Of a stretch of DNA of 40,319 nt, positions 37,284-40,319 are shown in pieces. The notes beneath the pieces are model-generated. The model was not told where the DNA came from. It made no database searches and worked only from the letters and a program-made list of their open reading frames with translations. The stretch is from the NCBI GenBank assembly GCA_037481775.1, contig JBBFKZ010000015.1, forward strand, positions 1-40,319. The letters run 5' to 3'. The position numbers and the translations under genes are program-made. This DNA comes from Candidatus Bathyarchaeia archaeon (lineage in GTDB: Archaea; Thermoproteota; Bathyarchaeia; Bathyarchaeales; Bathycorpusculaceae). How positions within the stretch are numbered: the stretch's first letter is position 1; every line of letters begins with the position of its first letter.

Positions 37284-38315
37284 ATGGTGTCAGTTCATTT
37301 CATTCGATGGGATCCCTCGCTTGACATGTTAAAGGAGATTAACCGCCTCTATGACGAAGCTGGCACTTTTGATTGTATACGAAAAGGCGAGCTTATAGCG
37401 ATCAAGTTGCATGTAGGTGAGTTGGGCAACCCCTATCATGTGCAACCTTTTTTTATCCATGACATAATCAGGCGAATCAAAGAGGTAGGTGGTAAACCGT
37501 TCCTTACAGATTCCACCACGTACTATCGTGCGCAGCGCAATAATGGCTATGATCACATGATTACAGCTTTGATGCATGGGTTTAACATGGCGCCGTTTAT
37601 TGTGGCAGATGGTCTTAGAGGCGAGAACGCCAAGCTCGTCAAAACTAAGGGTATATTAAAAGAAGTTGAAGTCGCTGGAGTTATAGCTGAAGCCGACGCC
37701 ATGATTGTAGTGTCCCATAATAAGGGTCACGAACTCAGCGGTTTCGGTGGTGCCATAAAAAACCTGGGTATGGGCTGCACATCACAAGCGGGAAAGCTAC
37801 GTCAACATAGAACCGTGGGCTTAGAGATCGACAAGTCAAAATGCATCGGTTGTGGCAAATGTAAGCAAGTATGCGAGATGCACCTGCCTGAAATCATCGG
37901 AGGAAAAGCTGTGAATACCTCACCGTTGTGCATGCGATGCCCTATCTGTTCACAAAACTGCCCAACTGGCGCGATAAAGCTAACGAATAAGAATAATCTT
38001 TGCAGAGCGCTGGCGTCTGCAGCTTATGGTGTGCTCTCCACTTTTAAGAAAGGCAAGGTAGCTTACGTAAGTTTTGCCAAGAATATTACGCAGTACTGTG
38101 ACTGCTTGCCAAATCCTGGGAAAATAATGATGAAGGATTTGGGCATCTTTGCTTCTAACTCGCCTGTATCCATTGATGGGGCTTTCCTCGAGATGGTTGA
38201 CTACAAAATCTTCAACACCGCTTATGATGTAGATTGTATGGTGCAGGTTCGAGAAGCAAAGAACATCGGCATCAAGGGCGAATTGACACCGAAGATAAAT
38301 AAAATAACTTCATAA
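37284..38315 (+). CDS. DUF362 family protein with inserted 2[4Fe-4S] ferredoxin domain
   Basis: IAIKLHVGELGN, PFLTDSTT, HNKGHELSGFGGAIKNLGMG, CIGCGKC...C, CMRCPIC...CP, CDC; GGAGG before ATG 37284. Confidence 0.9.
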   Translation: MVSVHFIRWDPSLDMLKEINRLYDEAGTFDCIRKGELIAIKLHVGELGNPYHVQPFFIHDIIRRIKEVGGKPFLTDSTTYYRAQRNNGYDHMITALMHGFNMAPFIVADGLRGENAKLVKTKGILKEVEVAGVIAEADAMIVVSHNKGHELSGFGGAIKNLGMGCTSQAGKLRQHRTVGLEIDKSKCIGCGKCKQVCEMHLPEIIGGKAVNTSPLCMRCPICSQNCPTGAIKLTNKNNLCRALASAAYGVLSTFKKGKVAYVSFAKNITQYCDCLPNPGKIMMKDLGIFASNSPVSIDGAFLEMVDYKIFNTAYDVDCMVQVREAKNIGIKGELTPKINKITS

Positions 38316-38459
38316 GCAATGTTCCTTGAGAGGCTTTTTTTCTTCTATCCTCTTCATTTTCGGCCCCTCTCTAAAAAGGCGAATGGTTTAGCTAAAACCA
38401 GCTGCCTCGTAAAGTTGTAATGGAAGCCTTCTCCTTTCTTCCACCTTTCTGGTTGAAGC

Positions 38460-38729
38460 AATATTCTATTGAAATCTTATAAAACGTTTGTGTCAGTAGC
38501 GGCATATATCATTTTATACAATATTATTAATGCCAACGGTATTGCAGCTTTTGAAACTTTGCTTTTTAATTAGGAGGTAACCTCAGACAATTAGGGAAAG
38601 CTAATGTTTGAGAATGCCTTTGGCAACGCAGTTTCAATGTTGCTGATAGTTTTAGGAATTTCATTAGCTTTCATAATACTTTCAGGCTTTTTGTGGAGCC
38701 GCGAACGAAGAAGGATCTTATTGGAGTAG
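38460..38729 (+). pseudogene. Possible decayed membrane-protein (ABC-permease-like) 3' remnant
   Basis: One hydrophobic frame interrupted by TAG at 38571 and 38592, ending ...FLWSRERRRILLE; the 41-aa ORF at 38604-38729 is intact. Confidence 0.35.
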
Positions 38730-38892
38730 CCTGAAATACCACATATTCGATTCTAACAAAGCTTTTACTGTTGAAACTAATCCTGCAGCCGTACCAAAAT
38801 CATTTCTCGACTAAACCGCTGATGTATAAACAGTGGAAACCTTTTTCTGAAACCGAAACTCATAATCACACTCAAGAGGAGATGCAAGTAAG

Positions 38893-39075
38893 ATGAGCAA
38901 AAAAGAAGATAAACATCACATTGAAGAGTTGAAAGAGATGATTCAAGAAAAGAAACCTGATGAACCAGTGGAGAAAGTGCTTGTCAAATTCTGCGAACGG
39001 CACGGCGTATCTATCGATACTTGCCGAGTATACTATAAACGCTTGGTTAAAGAAGGGCAAGTAAAGGAAAAATAA
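38893..39075 (+). CDS. Small charged hypothetical protein (60 aa)
   Basis: GAGGAG upstream; HTH-like C-terminal half (FCERHGVSIDTCRVYYKRL). Confidence 0.75.
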   Translation: MSKKEDKHHIEELKEMIQEKKPDEPVEKVLVKFCERHGVSIDTCRVYYKRLVKEGQVKEK

Positions 39076-39220
39076 CCTTATTCACCTGATACCTGTTCTT
39101 GTTATTCTTATGAGCATGATGCTTAGCTTTAATTGCGGAGCGCTGAGGGACATATTTTTTAAAATAGTAGACATTTAATAATATAGTTTCGACTTTAACG
39201 TGACACGCATGGGTTAACTG

Positions 39221-40319
39221 TTGAAAAATAAATATTTGTGTATTATCCTCGGAATTCTAATTCCATTACTGCTCGCCTCACTTTTTTTAGCTTGCAACTT
39301 TTTTGATGACCCTGTCATGGAAATTTTCGTAGGTGTTGATGCCGCTTACGATAATGTTGAAGAAATTAAGCGACTTGTTGACGAAATAAGCGCGTACACT
39401 AACACTATTATCATTGGAAGCACGGGAATAACTCATAATTTCACTAAACTCAACGACGTTTGCCAGTACATTTACAATAAGCGTATGTACTTCATGATTT
39501 ACGCTCACCCCGTGAACAATCCAGAGGAGCTTGCTATTCAGCGACAGTGGATACTTGACGCCAAACCCAAATGGGGCGATTTTTTCCTAGGCTTATATGC
39601 CTATGATGAGCCTGCAGGACGTCAATTGGACAATGCCACTCTGAAGGCGGTGGACGATTGCCATTGGTATGCAGATAACTGGACGGAGGCAGCAAACAAA
39701 TACATCAAACGTATGAATCTAATTCTAAATGTTTCAATTCAAGAACAAATGGGCGGGCTACAGTTGCCTCTGTTTACCTCGGATTATGCACTTTATTGGT
39801 TTGACTATAAAGTAGGATATAGTGTAGTTTTTGCCGAGTTCGGCTGGAACTACAGCAGAGCGCTTAATATTGCATTATGCAGAGGCGCAGCTAACGTTCA
39901 AAACAAAGACTGGGGAATCATGATCACCTGGACCTATACTTCTCCACCTTACCTCGAGTCTGGCGAAGAGCTTTATACTGATCTAGTTTTAGCTTACGAA
40001 AATGGCGCTAAATACATCTTAGTCTTTGATTCTAACGAAAATTACACGCATAGCACTCTTAAACAAGAACATTTGAACGCGCTGAAACGTTTTTGGCATT
40101 ATGCAAAAACTAACCCTAGAAATAGTAACTACATCAGAAATAGGATTGCGTATGTTCTTCCGAAAGATTATGGATATGGCTTTCGAGGACCAACAGATAA
40201 GATTTGGGGTTTATGGGAGGCCGACGATTTTTCATTCAAAATAAGCACAGAAGTAGGAAGACTAATTGATAAGTACCATGATAGGCTGGACATAATATAT
40301 GATGATGAACTCAACGGCA
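39221..40319 (+). CDS. Membrane-anchored/secreted protein, putative TIM-barrel glycoside-hydrolase-like fold (runs off the 3' end)
   Basis: Absent from the ORF track because it has no stop. TTG start, N-terminal hydrophobic helix, FLGLYAYDEPAG, FTSDYALYWFDY, VFAEFGWN, WGIMITW, AYENGAKYI, AYVLPKDYGYGFR, LDIIYDD. Confidence 0.8.
   Translation, partial: MKNKYLCIILGILIPLLLASLFLACNFFDDPVMEIFVGVDAAYDNVEEIKRLVDEISAYTNTIIIGSTGITHNFTKLNDVCQYIYNKRMYFMIYAHPVNNPEELAIQRQWILDAKPKWGDFFLGLYAYDEPAGRQLDNATLKAVDDCHWYADNWTEAANKYIKRMNLILNVSIQEQMGGLQLPLFTSDYALYWFDYKVGYSVVFAEFGWNYSRALNIALCRGAANVQNKDWGIMITWTYTSPPYLESGEELYTDLVLAYENGAKYILVFDSNENYTHSTLKQEHLNALKRFWHYAKTNPRNSNYIRNRIAYVLPKDYGYGFRGPTDKIWGLWEADDFSFKISTEVGRLIDKYHDRLDIIYDDELNG

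Noticed and set aside
38460-38729. Two in-frame TAG codons as pyrrolysine readthrough
   Set aside because: No convincing start, no pyl genes in the window, and TAG is a normal stop for several genes here; decay is simpler.

Overview
Gene-dense archaeal window. RadA, EgsA, an archaeal LeuRS C-terminus, RqcH and a long FKBP, plus several lineage-style hypotheticals, point to Bathyarchaeia (inference). I saw no rRNA, tRNA, CRISPR array or transposase. The left part (1-16.4 kb) is mostly housekeeping, with a frameshifted CHASE4 kinase, mgsA, a CPA2 antiporter and larA. The right part is accessory. Main leads: (1) a five-gene redox operon at 16853-21181 pairing a NapH-like membrane Fe-S protein and a single six-Cys, double-cubane-type catalytic subunit with benzoyl-CoA-reductase-style BzdP/BzdQ ATPases and a BzdM-like ferredoxin, but no BzdN/BzdO pair; (2) a non-coding 53-bp element present twice in inverted orientation (50/53 identical, 16569-16621 and 29701-29753), bracketing about 13 kb of accessory genes; (3) a TrmB 5' fragment joined to a 5'-truncated FtsZ at a 15-bp stretch readable as either gene; (4) defence genes (standalone TIR; Hhe-type helicase-nuclease with a His-to-Ala change); (5) candidate operators for NikR and for a membrane-anchored wHTH regulator. 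All family calls are motif recognition by eye, not database results.
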